Shown here: positions 44,498-55,082 of the stretch, one piece after another | Position numbering within the stretch: the stretch's first letter is position 1 | Layout of the letters: each line of letters starts with the position of its first letter | Origin: an uncultured Nitrospiraceae bacterium | GTDB lineage: Bacteria; Nitrospirota; Nitrospiria; Nitrospirales; Nitrospiraceae | Direction of reading: 5' to 3' | NCBI GenBank assembly: GCA_963846575.1 | Contig: CAWJWJ010000002.1 | Location: forward strand, 192,001 to 256,000 | DNA length: 64,000 nucleotides | The notes under the pieces: model-generated | What the model was told of the DNA's origin: nothing | Database searches by the model: none | The model's input: only the letters and a program-made list of their open reading frames with translations | Program-made: the position numbers and the translations under genes

Positions 44498-45385
44498 GTG
44501 TGGATGGCTATATCGCGCTCGACATACGGCACCCGACGTCTCGCCATAGTCCTGTTCGTCCTGTTGCTTGCCGCTCTCTTTCTCCTCCCTAGTCAAAGCC
44601 AGGGCCTGCTGCAGTATGTTGGTGGCCCGCTCGGGCAGATCCTCAGTCTCCCGCTCGCCGCGTTCTCCTCTCTCGATCACGGCATTTCAGAAAGCTGGGA
44701 TGGATATATCGCCCTGCAGGGCGTCCGTGAAGAGAATCGCCAGCTCCGTCGCGATATCGAACTGCTGAAAGGCCAGAATAATCAGTTGCGAGGTTCTGTG
44801 GCGGCGACGCAACGGTATGAGACCTTGCTGAATTTCAAACAGCAATCTTCGTTCCGGGTGGTGGCGGCTCAGGTGATCGGGAGGGATGCCACCAATTGGT
44901 ACCGCGGGGTCATCCTTAACAAAGGTGAAAATGACGGGGTGCGTCCTGAAATGGGCGTGGTGACGCCTGCCGGGGTCGTGGGGCGAATCGTCAAAACCAA
45001 TTCCACCTCATCCGTGGTTTTACTGGTGACTGATCCGAACAATGCGATCGCAGGCCTGGTGCAGCGGACTCGCGATGAGGGGATTGTCGAAGGCACCAGT
45101 CACGGACGGGCGCGCATGAAATATATTCCTCTCCTGTCGCGGGTTCAACCGGGCGACAGAGTCGTGACTTCGGGGCTGACCGGTGCCTTTCCGCGCGGGT
45201 TGGCGATCGGCGGGCTGACGCAAGTGGAAAAGTCAGAGGGTGATTTGTTTCAGTCCGCGGAAATCGAGCCGGAGGTCGATCTTGCGAGACTTGATGAGGT
45301 GTTGGTGATTACAGCGCCATATGAAGACGCCGACGCTGCTCAGAAGTTATTGCAAGAGATCCACGGAGACCGCAAGAAGCCATGA
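44498..45385 (+). CDS. mreC: Rod shape-determining protein MreC
   Basis: TM + coiled coil (EEN..LR), A.VIGR, GVVG.I, VVTSG..G.FP.GL. Confidence 0.93.
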   Translation: MWMAISRSTYGTRRLAIVLFVLLLAALFLLPSQSQGLLQYVGGPLGQILSLPLAAFSSLDHGISESWDGYIALQGVREENRQLRRDIELLKGQNNQLRGSVAATQRYETLLNFKQQSSFRVVAAQVIGRDATNWYRGVILNKGENDGVRPEMGVVTPAGVVGRIVKTNSTSSVVLLVTDPNNAIAGLVQRTRDEGIVEGTSHGRARMKYIPLLSRVQPGDRVVTSGLTGAFPRGLAIGGLTQVEKSEGDLFQSAEIEPEVDLARLDEVLVITAPYEDADAAQKLLQEIHGDRKKP

Positions 45386-45882
45386 AGTTTCTCTTGTATG
45401 CCTTGCTGGCATTGGTGGTCGTGCCGTTGCAGACAACCTTATTGCATTATGTGAGTATTCTTGGCGTGAGACCCGATCTTGGTCTGGTCGCGGCGTGCCT
45501 GGTAGGATTTCTCGGGGGAGAGCTTGACGGGTTGATCCTTGGACTCATCCTGGGCTGTTTCCAGGACATGCTGTCCGCCGGGGATCTCTGGATTAATGTG
45601 GTCACAAAGGGGGGGGCCGGATTTCTGGCCGGACTGGCCGGTCGCCATATGGCCCATATTACGCCGGCTGTGTTGACTGTAGGCCTGGTCACCATCTCGT
45701 GTCTGTCGAGCGGTGTTTTTCTCTATGCGATGAATCCCGCGAGCATTGACGACATCTGGATGGGATTCCGCTCGACGGTCCTGGTTCAGGCGGCCTTCGA
45801 TGCCGCACTCGGCGCTGCTTTGTACGCGATATTTCGGCGACGGTGGTCTGATGATCGAATGGTGACCGAAGGGGCGCTGTAG
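45382..45882 (+). CDS. mreD: Rod shape-determining protein MreD
   Basis: Hydrophobic, PDL..., G...D.LS; lies between mreC and mrdA. Confidence 0.8.
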   Translation: MKFLLYALLALVVVPLQTTLLHYVSILGVRPDLGLVAACLVGFLGGELDGLILGLILGCFQDMLSAGDLWINVVTKGGAGFLAGLAGRHMAHITPAVLTVGLVTISCLSSGVFLYAMNPASIDDIWMGFRSTVLVQAAFDAALGAALYAIFRRRWSDDRMVTEGAL

Positions 45883-45932
45883 GATATGCAGATCCTGCGG
45901 CAGACGTCAGCGAGGGCTCGAGGGGTGCGGCG

Positions 45933-47810
45933 GTGATAGGGTTCAACGATTCGGATCTCCTCGACCTTCAGCGGCGCCTCGTCATCCTGCGCGTGGGCCT
46001 GTTATTGGTGGTGGCGCTGCTGGCCCTCCGTCTCTGGCACCTTCAGATCCGGGAGGGCCCCTATTATCGAGACCTCTCCGAGAACAATAGAACCCGCTCG
46101 GTCGTGCTTGAACCGGCCCGCGGTTTGATTTTCGACCGGAATGGAGTGTTACTGGCCAACAATGTCCCCAGCTTTGCTTTGTATGTGACCCTGGAAGACG
46201 TAAAGGACCGCCAGGCGCTGGTTGTTCAATTAGCTTCGCTCCTTGGACTTGACCCCGAGCTTATTCAAAAGAAGCTGTCGATGGGAAAGGGAAGCAAGCT
46301 GCAGCCCCGCAAGATTAAGGATCGGCTGACGCTCCGCGAAGCCACCCTGATCGAATCTCATCGATTGGATTTGCCCGGGGTGATGGTTCAAGTGGAGTCG
46401 CAACGGAACTATCCCGGCGGAGTCGTCGCCGCGCATTTGCTGGGCTATGTTGGGGAAGTGTCGGCGGATCAATTGGAAAGGCCGGATTTCGCGGATCTCC
46501 ACCAGGGCAGCATTGTGGGGCAATATGGAGTAGAAAAAACATTTGACCGGCAGATCCGCGGGCGTGCGGGACAAAAAAGTGTGGAGGTGGACGCGCTTGG
46601 TCATGAGAAACGTGCCGTGGTCGCAGAAAAGCCCCTGGCTGGGGACGATCTCTATCTCACCATTGACGTCCACTTGCAAAAAATCGCTGAAGATCTCCTG
46701 GGCGAGGAGACGGGTGCCATCGTGGCCCTGGATCCCACGACGGGGGACGTCTTGGCGATGGCCAGTCGGCCGGGGTTCGACCCGAATATGCTCTCGAAAG
46801 AACTGACGAACAAACAGTGGGTCGAAATCGTCCAGAATGAGGGACGGCCGCTCAATAACCGGGCCATGCAGGGCCAGTACCCTCCGGGGTCGACCTTCAA
46901 AGTTGTCATGGCAGCGGCCGCCCTTGAGTCCAACACCGTGATACCGTCTTCGACCGTTCGATGTAACGGTGGCTATCAGTTCGGTAATCGTTTGTTTCGT
47001 GACTGGAAAGCCGGCGGGCATGGATCGGTCGACATGAGCCAGGCGTTGATCCATTCCTGTGACGTTTATTTTTATACCGTCGGCCAGCGTATGGGAATCG
47101 ATACGATCGCCGAATACGCCAAGCAGTTCGGCCTCGGACAAGAAACCGGGGTGGAACTGGGGTCCGAGCGGGTTGGAATTGTTCCCTCCACCGCCTGGAA
47201 GCAAAAGGCCAGGAATCAACCCTGGTACCCGGGCGAAACGATCTCAGCCGCGATTGGCCAGGGATATGTCACGGTGACACCGTTGCAGATGGCGAATGTG
47301 ATCGGCACTGTGGCGAACGACGGCGTGTCCATGAAACCACGATTGGTTCAGGCCGTGATGAATCGTGTCACCGGAGAACGAGCGGAATTTCCTCCCACGA
47401 TCCGCGGCCAGGTGGCGGTCAAACCGGCGACTATGGCCCTGATCAAGGAGGCATTGGCAGATGTGGTGACAAAGGGGACGGCGACCCGGGCCAAGTCGGC
47501 ATTGGTGTCGATTGCGGGCAAGACGGGGACCGCCCAAACGGCTGCGCTGCGCACCGGTCCTGAAAAAGATATTCCCAAAAGGTTCCGCGACCATGCGTGG
47601 TTTGTCGCCTTTGCTCCGGTGGAAGCGCCTCGCATCGCCGTGGCTGTGCTTGCCGAACACATGGGCCATGGCGGGTCCGCTGCCGCACCTTTGGCCAAGG
47701 ATGTCATTGAGGCGTACGTCAAAGCCTACCCGCAGGTATTACAGGGATCGCCTGGTGGGAGCCGGAGGCAGTCCCCGGCCATCAGTGCCGAATCACGGCC
47801 GAGGACCTGA
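45933..47810 (+). CDS. mrdA: Penicillin-binding protein 2
   Basis: RGLIFDRNG, SxxK (GSTFK), SxD (SCD), KTG motifs. Confidence 0.95.
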   Translation: MIGFNDSDLLDLQRRLVILRVGLLLVVALLALRLWHLQIREGPYYRDLSENNRTRSVVLEPARGLIFDRNGVLLANNVPSFALYVTLEDVKDRQALVVQLASLLGLDPELIQKKLSMGKGSKLQPRKIKDRLTLREATLIESHRLDLPGVMVQVESQRNYPGGVVAAHLLGYVGEVSADQLERPDFADLHQGSIVGQYGVEKTFDRQIRGRAGQKSVEVDALGHEKRAVVAEKPLAGDDLYLTIDVHLQKIAEDLLGEETGAIVALDPTTGDVLAMASRPGFDPNMLSKELTNKQWVEIVQNEGRPLNNRAMQGQYPPGSTFKVVMAAAALESNTVIPSSTVRCNGGYQFGNRLFRDWKAGGHGSVDMSQALIHSCDVYFYTVGQRMGIDTIAEYAKQFGLGQETGVELGSERVGIVPSTAWKQKARNQPWYPGETISAAIGQGYVTVTPLQMANVIGTVANDGVSMKPRLVQAVMNRVTGERAEFPPTIRGQVAVKPATMALIKEALADVVTKGTATRAKSALVSIAGKTGTAQTAALRTGPEKDIPKRFRDHAWFVAFAPVEAPRIAVAVLAEHMGHGGSAAAPLAKDVIEAYVKAYPQVLQGSPGGSRRQSPAISAESRPRT

Positions 47811-48928
47811 TGATCGAACGTGTAATGGATAGCCGAGGGTTGGACAGTTTCGATCTCCGTTTTATGGGATTGATCGCGGTCATCCTGTCCCTCGGGGTGT
47901 TGTCGATCTATAGTGTGACACATGCGCAAGACACCGCCTTTCCCTTTTACCTCAAACAACTTGTGTGGATTCTTCTGGGGACGATCGCGTTTCTCGTGAT
48001 GTATCTTTCGGATTATCACAAGATTGCTCGCCTGGCATACCCGACCTATGTCGTGATCTTGATTATGTTGGCTGTGGTGCTGGTTATGGGCAAGTCCAGC
48101 CGGGGAGCCCAGCGATGGATTCCGATCGGACCCTTTGCCTTTCAGCCGTCGGAGTTTGCCAAGCTGGTGTTGGTCCTGGTGCTGGCGAACTACTATTCTC
48201 AAGTTTCTCGCGTGGGCTGGCTCCATCGCGTGGTCTTGCCGGGATTGATCGTCCTGCCGGGGCTGCTGCTGATTTTGAAGCAGCCGGATCTGGGGAGCGG
48301 CTTAAGTTTTCTCGCCGTCTATGCCGCCATGCTATTGATGGTGGGGGTCCGGTCGAAGGCCCTGGGCATTATTCTGCTTCTTTCCGTCATGTTGTTTCCG
48401 TTTGTCTGGGAAATGGTCTGGGCCTCGTTGCATGATTATCAACGACAGCGCGTCATGGCCTTCGTCGATCCGGACTACGATCCGGGCGGAAAAGGTTATC
48501 ACGCGCTGCAATCCAAGATTGCGATCGGTTCCGGGGAATTGTCCGGGAAGGGCTTGTATGGCGGCACGCAGAGTCAGTTGAAGTTTCTGCCGGAAGGCCA
48601 TACCGATTTTGTGTTTGCCGTGTATGCGGAGGAGTGGGGCTTCGTCGGGGTCCTGGTGTTGTTGGCCCTCTTCATTGCGCTGATATGGGTCTCACTGGAA
48701 ATTGCCGGACGCGCGAAGGACACGCTGGGCGCGCTCCTCGCGGCCGGCATTGTGGCAATGTTGTGTTTTTGCGTGGTGGTCAATATCGGGATGACCGCAG
48801 GGATGTTTCCTATCGTCGGAATCCCGCTTCCGTTAGTGAGTTACGGAGGTAGCGCGACCATCATGACCATGGCTTCGTTAGGTTTATTGTTGAACGTAAA
48901 ACGACGACGGTTGACGCTGTTTTACTAG
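47810..48928 (+). CDS. rodA: SEDS glycosyltransferase RodA
   Basis: GAQRW, QPSEFAK, QPDLG, LPEGHTDF, PLPLVSYGGS. Confidence 0.95.
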   Translation: MIERVMDSRGLDSFDLRFMGLIAVILSLGVLSIYSVTHAQDTAFPFYLKQLVWILLGTIAFLVMYLSDYHKIARLAYPTYVVILIMLAVVLVMGKSSRGAQRWIPIGPFAFQPSEFAKLVLVLVLANYYSQVSRVGWLHRVVLPGLIVLPGLLLILKQPDLGSGLSFLAVYAAMLLMVGVRSKALGIILLLSVMLFPFVWEMVWASLHDYQRQRVMAFVDPDYDPGGKGYHALQSKIAIGSGELSGKGLYGGTQSQLKFLPEGHTDFVFAVYAEEWGFVGVLVLLALFIALIWVSLEIAGRAKDTLGALLAAGIVAMLCFCVVVNIGMTAGMFPIVGIPLPLVSYGGSATIMTMASLGLLLNVKRRRLTLFY

Positions 48929-49073
48929 GTGATGCCTGGACAGCGGTCGACGCGATATGAAATAACCATAGGAATCAGACCGGCGCCGGACCAACGGCGA
49001 GACGAGAAAGAACCCGGGCCATGCGTCCGCGTTCGTCTGCCGATCCGCCCGATCTGAGTGTAAAGGAGTTTGT

Positions 49074-50585
49074 ATGGGTGTTGAGATAGCGATCAGTATA
49101 GCGCGGGAGGAGACCCGCGTGGCGGTGCTGGATAACGGGGTCGTCACGGACCTCTATGGTGACCGCGCCAAGGACCAGGATTTCGTAGGAAACATATATA
49201 AGGGGCGTGTGGCCAAGGTACTGCCAGGGATGCAGGCTGCCTTCATCGATATCGGCTTGGAAAAGGCCGCATTTGTGCATGTCTCCGATCTCTCCTTGGA
49301 CCTAGAGTCGGGCGATACGCTCGTGGAAGGTGACGACGACGATAATAAGGACTCGGAGGTTCCAAAACCAAAACGACAGAACTCAAAGCCTATCGAAGAG
49401 TTGCTGTCCGAAGGTCAGGAAGTGATGGTGCAAATCTCCAAAGGACCGATCGGCACCAAAGGATCCCGGGTTACGACCTACGTGTCATTGCCCGGGCGAT
49501 ATCTGGTATTTATGCCGACCGTCGAGCATATCGGGGTCTCTCGCCGTATTCCCCGGGACGAAGAACGCGCCCGGCTGAAAGAAATCATGAAGCGTGCGCG
49601 CCGTCCGGGGTTCGGATACATCGTTCGCACGGTGAGTGAAGGTGTGAAAGAAGAAGAACTTCGATCCGATGTCGAATTTCTCCATGTCTTGTGGCAGGAC
49701 GTCTTGACCAAGCGTGATCAGCAGCCGGCGCCCAGTTTGTTGCACAGCGATTTGAGTTTGAGCTTTCGCGTCGTCCGCGACCTTTTTGGCCGCCGGGTCG
49801 ATCGGCTGTTGATCGATAACCGCGAGGAGTACAACGCGATCAAAAACTTTGTTCAGCGGTTTTCGCCTGAACAAACGTCGCGCATCCATTTCTACGACAA
49901 AGAGGAATCCCTATTCGACTATCTCGGGGTAGAGCAGGAAATAGCCCGTGCGATGAGTCGTAAGGTCTGGCTTAAGTCCGGTGGGTACTTGGTGATCGAT
50001 CATACCGAGGCGATGACCGTCATCGACGTGAACACAGGCCGGTTTGTCGGGAAGCGCGATCAGGAAGAAACGATCCTCCGGAACAATTTGGAGGCTGCGA
50101 GGGAAATCGCCTATCAGGTCAAATTGCGCGGCATCGGCGGCATCATCATCGTGGATTTCATCGATATGGAACGGGAGAAGAATCGCGACAAGGTCTACCA
50201 CGCATTGGTAGATGCTATGGCCGCCGATAAGGCGCGCACACGGGTTTCCAGGGTGTCGGATCTCGGCCTGATCGAAATCTCACGAGAGCGTGTGCGAGAG
50301 GATCTCTTGCGATCACTGTCGGAGCCTTGTCATTATTGCGACGGTCGGGGTTATACGAAGTCGCCCATGTCGGTGGCCTATGAAATTTTCCGTGAAGTGC
50401 GACGACTCGGCCATGAAATCGAGCAGCAGCGGGTTGTCGTCGGAGCGCATCCGGCCGTCGCCCAACTGCTGCAGGAACAGGAACAGCCTGGTGTGGAAGA
50501 ACTTGAGCGGCGGTATGGCGCCAAAATCCTGGTCACCGCCGATGACCGGTTGCATCTGGAGCAGTTCGATCTCGTGGTAATGTAA
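49074..50585 (+). CDS. rng: Ribonuclease G (Rne/Rng family, no long C-terminal scaffold)
   Basis: GNIYKGRV..VLPGMQAAF, DVNTG, GGIIIVDFIDM, C..CDGRG. Confidence 0.9.
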   Translation: MGVEIAISIAREETRVAVLDNGVVTDLYGDRAKDQDFVGNIYKGRVAKVLPGMQAAFIDIGLEKAAFVHVSDLSLDLESGDTLVEGDDDDNKDSEVPKPKRQNSKPIEELLSEGQEVMVQISKGPIGTKGSRVTTYVSLPGRYLVFMPTVEHIGVSRRIPRDEERARLKEIMKRARRPGFGYIVRTVSEGVKEEELRSDVEFLHVLWQDVLTKRDQQPAPSLLHSDLSLSFRVVRDLFGRRVDRLLIDNREEYNAIKNFVQRFSPEQTSRIHFYDKEESLFDYLGVEQEIARAMSRKVWLKSGGYLVIDHTEAMTVIDVNTGRFVGKRDQEETILRNNLEAAREIAYQVKLRGIGGIIIVDFIDMEREKNRDKVYHALVDAMAADKARTRVSRVSDLGLIEISRERVREDLLRSLSEPCHYCDGRGYTKSPMSVAYEIFREVRRLGHEIEQQRVVVGAHPAVAQLLQEQEQPGVEELERRYGAKILVTADDRLHLEQFDLVVM

Positions 50586-50751
50586 GCAGATCCCCGCAGC
50601 ATCCGGCCGACGCGGATATAATTAGCTGTGACAATCGACTGCTGAGACGGTGGACTGCGAATATCCCACCGGATGTCCTCCCTCAGCTGTCTTTTCCGAA
50701 TAGAATGGCAGCCGGCTTCGTATCGACTACGCGTGATGAGCTGAGCCGAGA

Positions 50752-51888
50752 GTGAGCAGCCGATCTCTTCGTCCCTGGTTGATGTTGCGCGCCATCCCCG
50801 GTATAGGCGACGCCATCCTGCTCAAGCTTGTGCAGGCGTTAGGGACGCCCGAAGCTGTCCTCGGGGCGACGTCGGCCACACTAGAACAGATTGGCTGCCG
50901 GCCGCCTTTGATCGAAGCGATTCACAAGGGACCTGATGCCGCGGCGGTCCGGCAACTCGACCAAGAAGTGATGCGGTTGGAACGCCGGCAGGTCACAGTG
51001 CTGACGTATTCGAGTCCGCAGTATCCGGCGCTTCTCCGGGCCATTCCCGATCCTCCTCCGTTGCTCTATTACCAGGGCACACTGTTGGAGACTGATCGTC
51101 ATGCTGTGGCCATTGTCGGCACCAGGAAGGTCAGCGCGGCCGGACGGGTTTTGGCAGAAGAGTTGGCGCGCGATCTGGCCGCCATGGGTTTCACGATCGT
51201 CAGTGGTCTTGCACGCGGGGTAGACGCGGCTGCGCATCGTGGTGCCATCGCGGGAAAGGGACGGACTCTCGCGGTGATGGGGTGCGGGTTGGATCGGACT
51301 TACCCTGCGGACCATCGATCGTTGCGTCAGGCTATCGAGCGCCAGGGCGCCGTCTTGTCAGAGCTTCCGTTAGGAGCGGCTCCACACAGTTATCATTTCC
51401 CTCGACGTAACCGGATCATTAGCGGGCTTTCGTTGGGGGTTATCGTGACGGAGGCAGCCATGGAGAGCGGCTCGCTCATTACGGCGCGATTGGCAGGTGA
51501 ACAGGGACGAGAGGTGTTCGCGGTGCCCGGATTCGTGAAGGCCGAACATAGCCGCGGGCCCAACAGTTTGATAAAAGACGGTGCCAGGCTAGTGGAATCT
51601 GCTGAGGATGTGCTTAACGAATTGCGTCCGCAGCTCGACGCAGCATTCCAGAGCCGGATTAAGACGCCAATGAATGCCGAAGCGGCAACACAGGTGCAAC
51701 TGGGAACAGAGGAGGCGCTGGTGTATGATGCCCTTCACTCAGTGCCGCAATCCGTGGATGAGGTGATTCGACAGACCCGACTTGCGGCGGCCCAGGTGAC
51801 GGCGGCCTTGCTCTCATTGGAACTCAAGAATTGCGTTCGCCAGTTGCCGGGCAATGAGTATGTGAGATGTTCGCGCTGGCCTGATTGA
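50752..51888 (+). CDS. dprA: DNA-processing protein DprA
   Basis: AIVGTR, IVSGLARGVD..AH, FPRRNRIISGLS, SGSLITA, GREVFAVPG. Confidence 0.94.
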   Translation: MSSRSLRPWLMLRAIPGIGDAILLKLVQALGTPEAVLGATSATLEQIGCRPPLIEAIHKGPDAAAVRQLDQEVMRLERRQVTVLTYSSPQYPALLRAIPDPPPLLYYQGTLLETDRHAVAIVGTRKVSAAGRVLAEELARDLAAMGFTIVSGLARGVDAAAHRGAIAGKGRTLAVMGCGLDRTYPADHRSLRQAIERQGAVLSELPLGAAPHSYHFPRRNRIISGLSLGVIVTEAAMESGSLITARLAGEQGREVFAVPGFVKAEHSRGPNSLIKDGARLVESAEDVLNELRPQLDAAFQSRIKTPMNAEAATQVQLGTEEALVYDALHSVPQSVDEVIRQTRLAAAQVTAALLSLELKNCVRQLPGNEYVRCSRWPD

Positions 51889-51970
51889 GGGATTAGGCCT
51901 GACAGGCGCTCGGTAAGTGTTATAGTGGGTATGGTACTGTGCATCTAGTTCGAGACACACACGGGGCCCC

Positions 51971-54307
51971 ATGGCTAAATCTCTGATAATTGTCGAATCT
52001 CCAACCAAAGCCCGGACGATCACTAAATACCTGGGCCGTGGTTATTCCGTCATGGCGTCAGTCGGTCATGTCAAAGACTTGCCCACCAGCAAACTGGGCG
52101 TTGATTTGGAGCACGATTTTGAACCCCAGTACGTCACGATTAAGGGAAAATCCAAAGTCCTCGCCGACATCAAGAAGAAGGCGAAGGAGGTCGACACGAT
52201 CTTCCTGGCGCCGGACCCTGACCGCGAAGGCGAGGCGATTGCCTGGCATATCGCACAGGAATTGGACGGCAAAGGAAAAAAGAAAGGCAGCAAGATCTTT
52301 CGAGTGCTTTTCAACGAGATCACCGAGGCGGCCATTAAACGTGCACTCAAGACGCCGGGTGAAATTGACCTGAAACTTGTGCAGGCCCAACAGGCCCGAC
52401 GGGTGCTCGATCGCATCGTCGGCTATCAAGGCAGTCAGCTGCTCTGGAAAAAGGTCCGGCGCGGTCTCAGCATGGGACGAGTCCAATCGGTAGCCGTACG
52501 TTTGATCTGCGATCGCGAAAAAGAACGGGAAGCGTTTCGTGCCGAAGAGTACTGGTCCATCGTGGCGCTGTTGACCGGAGATAACCCGCCTGCTTTTGAA
52601 GCGAAGTTGCATTCCGTCAATGGGCAAGATGCGGACATAGGGACAGGGGAGGCGGCTGAACGGATTCTCGCTGCCGTTCAAGGGAAAGCGTTTGTCGTCC
52701 AGTCGATTGAGCGCAAAGAGAAGAAACGAAATCCTGTCGCGCCTTTCATTACCAGTCGGCTACAGCAGGAAGCTGCGAGGAAACTGCATTTTACGCCCAA
52801 AAAGACCATGACCCTAGCTCAGCAGCTGTACGAGGGGGTGGAAATCGGAGCGGAAGGGGCGACGGGTCTCATTACCTACATGCGGACGGATTCCCCGCGA
52901 ATTTCACAAGAAGCGATGGAAGACGCCAGGGTAGTGATTCAAGAGCGATTCGGGATCGACTATCTGCCCGCGACGCCCAATGTGTACAAAACCCAAAAAG
53001 CTGCACAGGAAGCGCACGAAGCCATTCGCCCGACCGCGGCGGCTCGAGATCCAGAGACGATCCGGCAATATCTGGAGCCGGATCAATATCAGCTGTACAA
53101 ATTGATCTGGAACCGATTCGTGGCTTCCCAAATGGTGCCGGCCATTCTGGATGTGACACGGGTGGACTCCACTCCGCTGGAAACCAAGGATCGGTATGTG
53201 TTTCGGACCACAGGTACGGTGGTCAAGTTTGCCGGCCACACGGCTGTGTACCTGGAGGGAACCGATAAGGAGTTGTCATCGCAGAAGCCCAAGAACGACC
53301 AGGAGGCGGATGACGAATCGGACCGCCAGTTACCCGCGCTCACCGAAGGCCAAGCGCTGAGTTTGGTAGCCCAGGATGGCCAAACCTTGCCAGGCTTGCT
53401 CTCCAAACAGCATTTTACGCAACCACCGCCACGTTACAATGAAGCGTTGTTAATCCGGGAGTTGGAGGAAAAAGGCATTGGCCGTCCCTCCACCTACGCG
53501 TCGATCATTTCCACGATCCAGGACCGCAAGTATGTCGATAAGGTTGAAGGACGATTCCTTCCGACCGAAACGGGCAAGACGGTCAACGAGTTTCTACTGA
53601 AAGGGTTCCCGGATCTCCTGGATACTGAGTTCACCTCCCATATGGAGGAGCAGCTTGACGAAGTGGAAGAAGGCACGAAGCCGTGGGTAGCGGCTGTCCG
53701 TGATTTTTATACTCCATTTGTGAAAGACCTGGAACTTGCTCAGAGTATTCCAGGACCCAAAGATATTGTCGAGCCGCCTACCAATCTTCCTTGTGAAAAA
53801 TGCGGCCGCATGTTGGAGATCAAGTGGGGGCGGAACGGCAAATTCCTGGCATGTCCCGGATACAAGGATGACCCGCCGTGTAAGAACACTCAAAACTTTG
53901 AAAAGTTGCCCGATGGAACGATTAAGATCGTGCCCAAGCTGGAAGAGACGACGGACGAGAAGTGTGAGAAATGTTCGAGTCCAATGGTGGTGAAATCAGG
54001 CCGTTTCGGAAAATTCCTGGCTTGTTCCGCCTACCCCGAGTGCAAGACGACCAAACCCATCGCCCTCGGGGTCAAGTGCCCGCAACCTGACTGCGGTGGA
54101 GATCTGGTTCAGAAACGGACGAAAAAGGGGAGGAATTTCTATTCCTGTAGCCGCTATCCGCAATGTGAATTTGCACTGTGGGATAGACCCGTTAACAAGC
54201 CCTGCCCTACCTGCCATGCCCCATTTCTCATCGAAAAAGTCAGCAAGCAGGCTGGACGATCCGTCCAATGCCGCAACGAAGAGTGCGGCTATCGAGACGC
54301 CGGCTGA
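51971..54307 (+). CDS. topA: DNA topoisomerase I with C-terminal zinc ribbons
   Basis: IVESPTKA, DPDREGEAI, GRVQS, ITYMRTD, AHEAIRP, GIGRPSTY, repeated Cys zinc ribbons. Confidence 0.97.
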   Translation: MAKSLIIVESPTKARTITKYLGRGYSVMASVGHVKDLPTSKLGVDLEHDFEPQYVTIKGKSKVLADIKKKAKEVDTIFLAPDPDREGEAIAWHIAQELDGKGKKKGSKIFRVLFNEITEAAIKRALKTPGEIDLKLVQAQQARRVLDRIVGYQGSQLLWKKVRRGLSMGRVQSVAVRLICDREKEREAFRAEEYWSIVALLTGDNPPAFEAKLHSVNGQDADIGTGEAAERILAAVQGKAFVVQSIERKEKKRNPVAPFITSRLQQEAARKLHFTPKKTMTLAQQLYEGVEIGAEGATGLITYMRTDSPRISQEAMEDARVVIQERFGIDYLPATPNVYKTQKAAQEAHEAIRPTAAARDPETIRQYLEPDQYQLYKLIWNRFVASQMVPAILDVTRVDSTPLETKDRYVFRTTGTVVKFAGHTAVYLEGTDKELSSQKPKNDQEADDESDRQLPALTEGQALSLVAQDGQTLPGLLSKQHFTQPPPRYNEALLIRELEEKGIGRPSTYASIISTIQDRKYVDKVEGRFLPTETGKTVNEFLLKGFPDLLDTEFTSHMEEQLDEVEEGTKPWVAAVRDFYTPFVKDLELAQSIPGPKDIVEPPTNLPCEKCGRMLEIKWGRNGKFLACPGYKDDPPCKNTQNFEKLPDGTIKIVPKLEETTDEKCEKCSSPMVVKSGRFGKFLACSAYPECKTTKPIALGVKCPQPDCGGDLVQKRTKKGRNFYSCSRYPQCEFALWDRPVNKPCPTCHAPFLIEKVSKQAGRSVQCRNEECGYRDAG

Positions 54308-54423
54308 TTGTCCTCACTCCCGCGTGTGCCCCTCCAAACTCCACACTCCAGGCCCGGCTGACAGCCTCCACGGGGACTCCGTCGGCGTCTTCACTGCTCC
54401 AACGGCTGTCCGATAGTCGACAA

Positions 54424-54460
54424 TGAGATCCGTTTTCAGCGAAGTTGAGAATGGTAGTCA
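54424..54460. promoter_or_regulatory. Two tandem Fur-like boxes upstream of the bfr -35
   Basis: TGAGATC-C-GTTTTCA and TGAGAAT-G-GTAGTCA match TGATAAT-N-ATTATCA at 9/14 and 10/14; TTGACA at 54480. Confidence 0.4.
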
Positions 54461-54598
54461 AATCTACGTAACTTAAGACTTGACAACACCCACCCGTTCT
54501 TCATACAGATACTCATATGAGTAGGGGTGTCGAGGCGACGACTGGGCAATGAGGCCGGTCGCGCGGCCATAACGGGTGCTCTCGGAAGGAGGGAAGCG

Positions 54599-55075
54599 AT
54601 GAAGGCTAAGCAGGGGGTCATCGAGCTGCTGAACAAGGTGCTCACGGCGGATCTGACCGCTATCAACCAATATTTTGTGCATGCCAAGATGTGCTCGAAT
54701 TGGGGCTATGACCGATTGCATCACCATGTGCGGCAGCGTTCGTTCGATGAAATGAAGGATGCTGAGGAATTGATCGAGCATATCCTATATCTGGAAGGCG
54801 TCCCGAATTTGCAGCGCATGAACACGGTGCATGTTGGAGAAACCGTGCCCGAACAGTTCAAGGCGGACCTGAAAGCCGAACAGGAGATGCTGAGCCTCTT
54901 GAGTGAAGGCGTGGTGCACTGCACAAAGGTGGGTGACTTTACGACACGCCATATGTTTGAAGACATGGTGAAGGATGTCGATCAGCATATCGATTGGATC
55001 GAGACCCAGATGGAGACGGTCAAGCAAATCGGTCTTGAAATGTATTTGGCTGAGCAGATTAAGAAGGAAAGCTAA
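54599..55075 (+). CDS. bfr: Bacterioferritin subunit, heme-Met type with degenerate ferroxidase centre
   Basis: Colinear with E. coli Bfr; M52 kept; D18, D54 and V127 at ligand positions. Confidence 0.9.
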   Translation: MKAKQGVIELLNKVLTADLTAINQYFVHAKMCSNWGYDRLHHHVRQRSFDEMKDAEELIEHILYLEGVPNLQRMNTVHVGETVPEQFKADLKAEQEMLSLLSEGVVHCTKVGDFTTRHMFEDMVKDVDQHIDWIETQMETVKQIGLEMYLAEQIKKES

Positions 55076-55082
55076 CTGAATT

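Noticed and set aside
54240..54461. Small ORFs near bfr as a possible Bfd ferredoxin
   Set aside because: None shows the CxC...CxxC Bfd pattern
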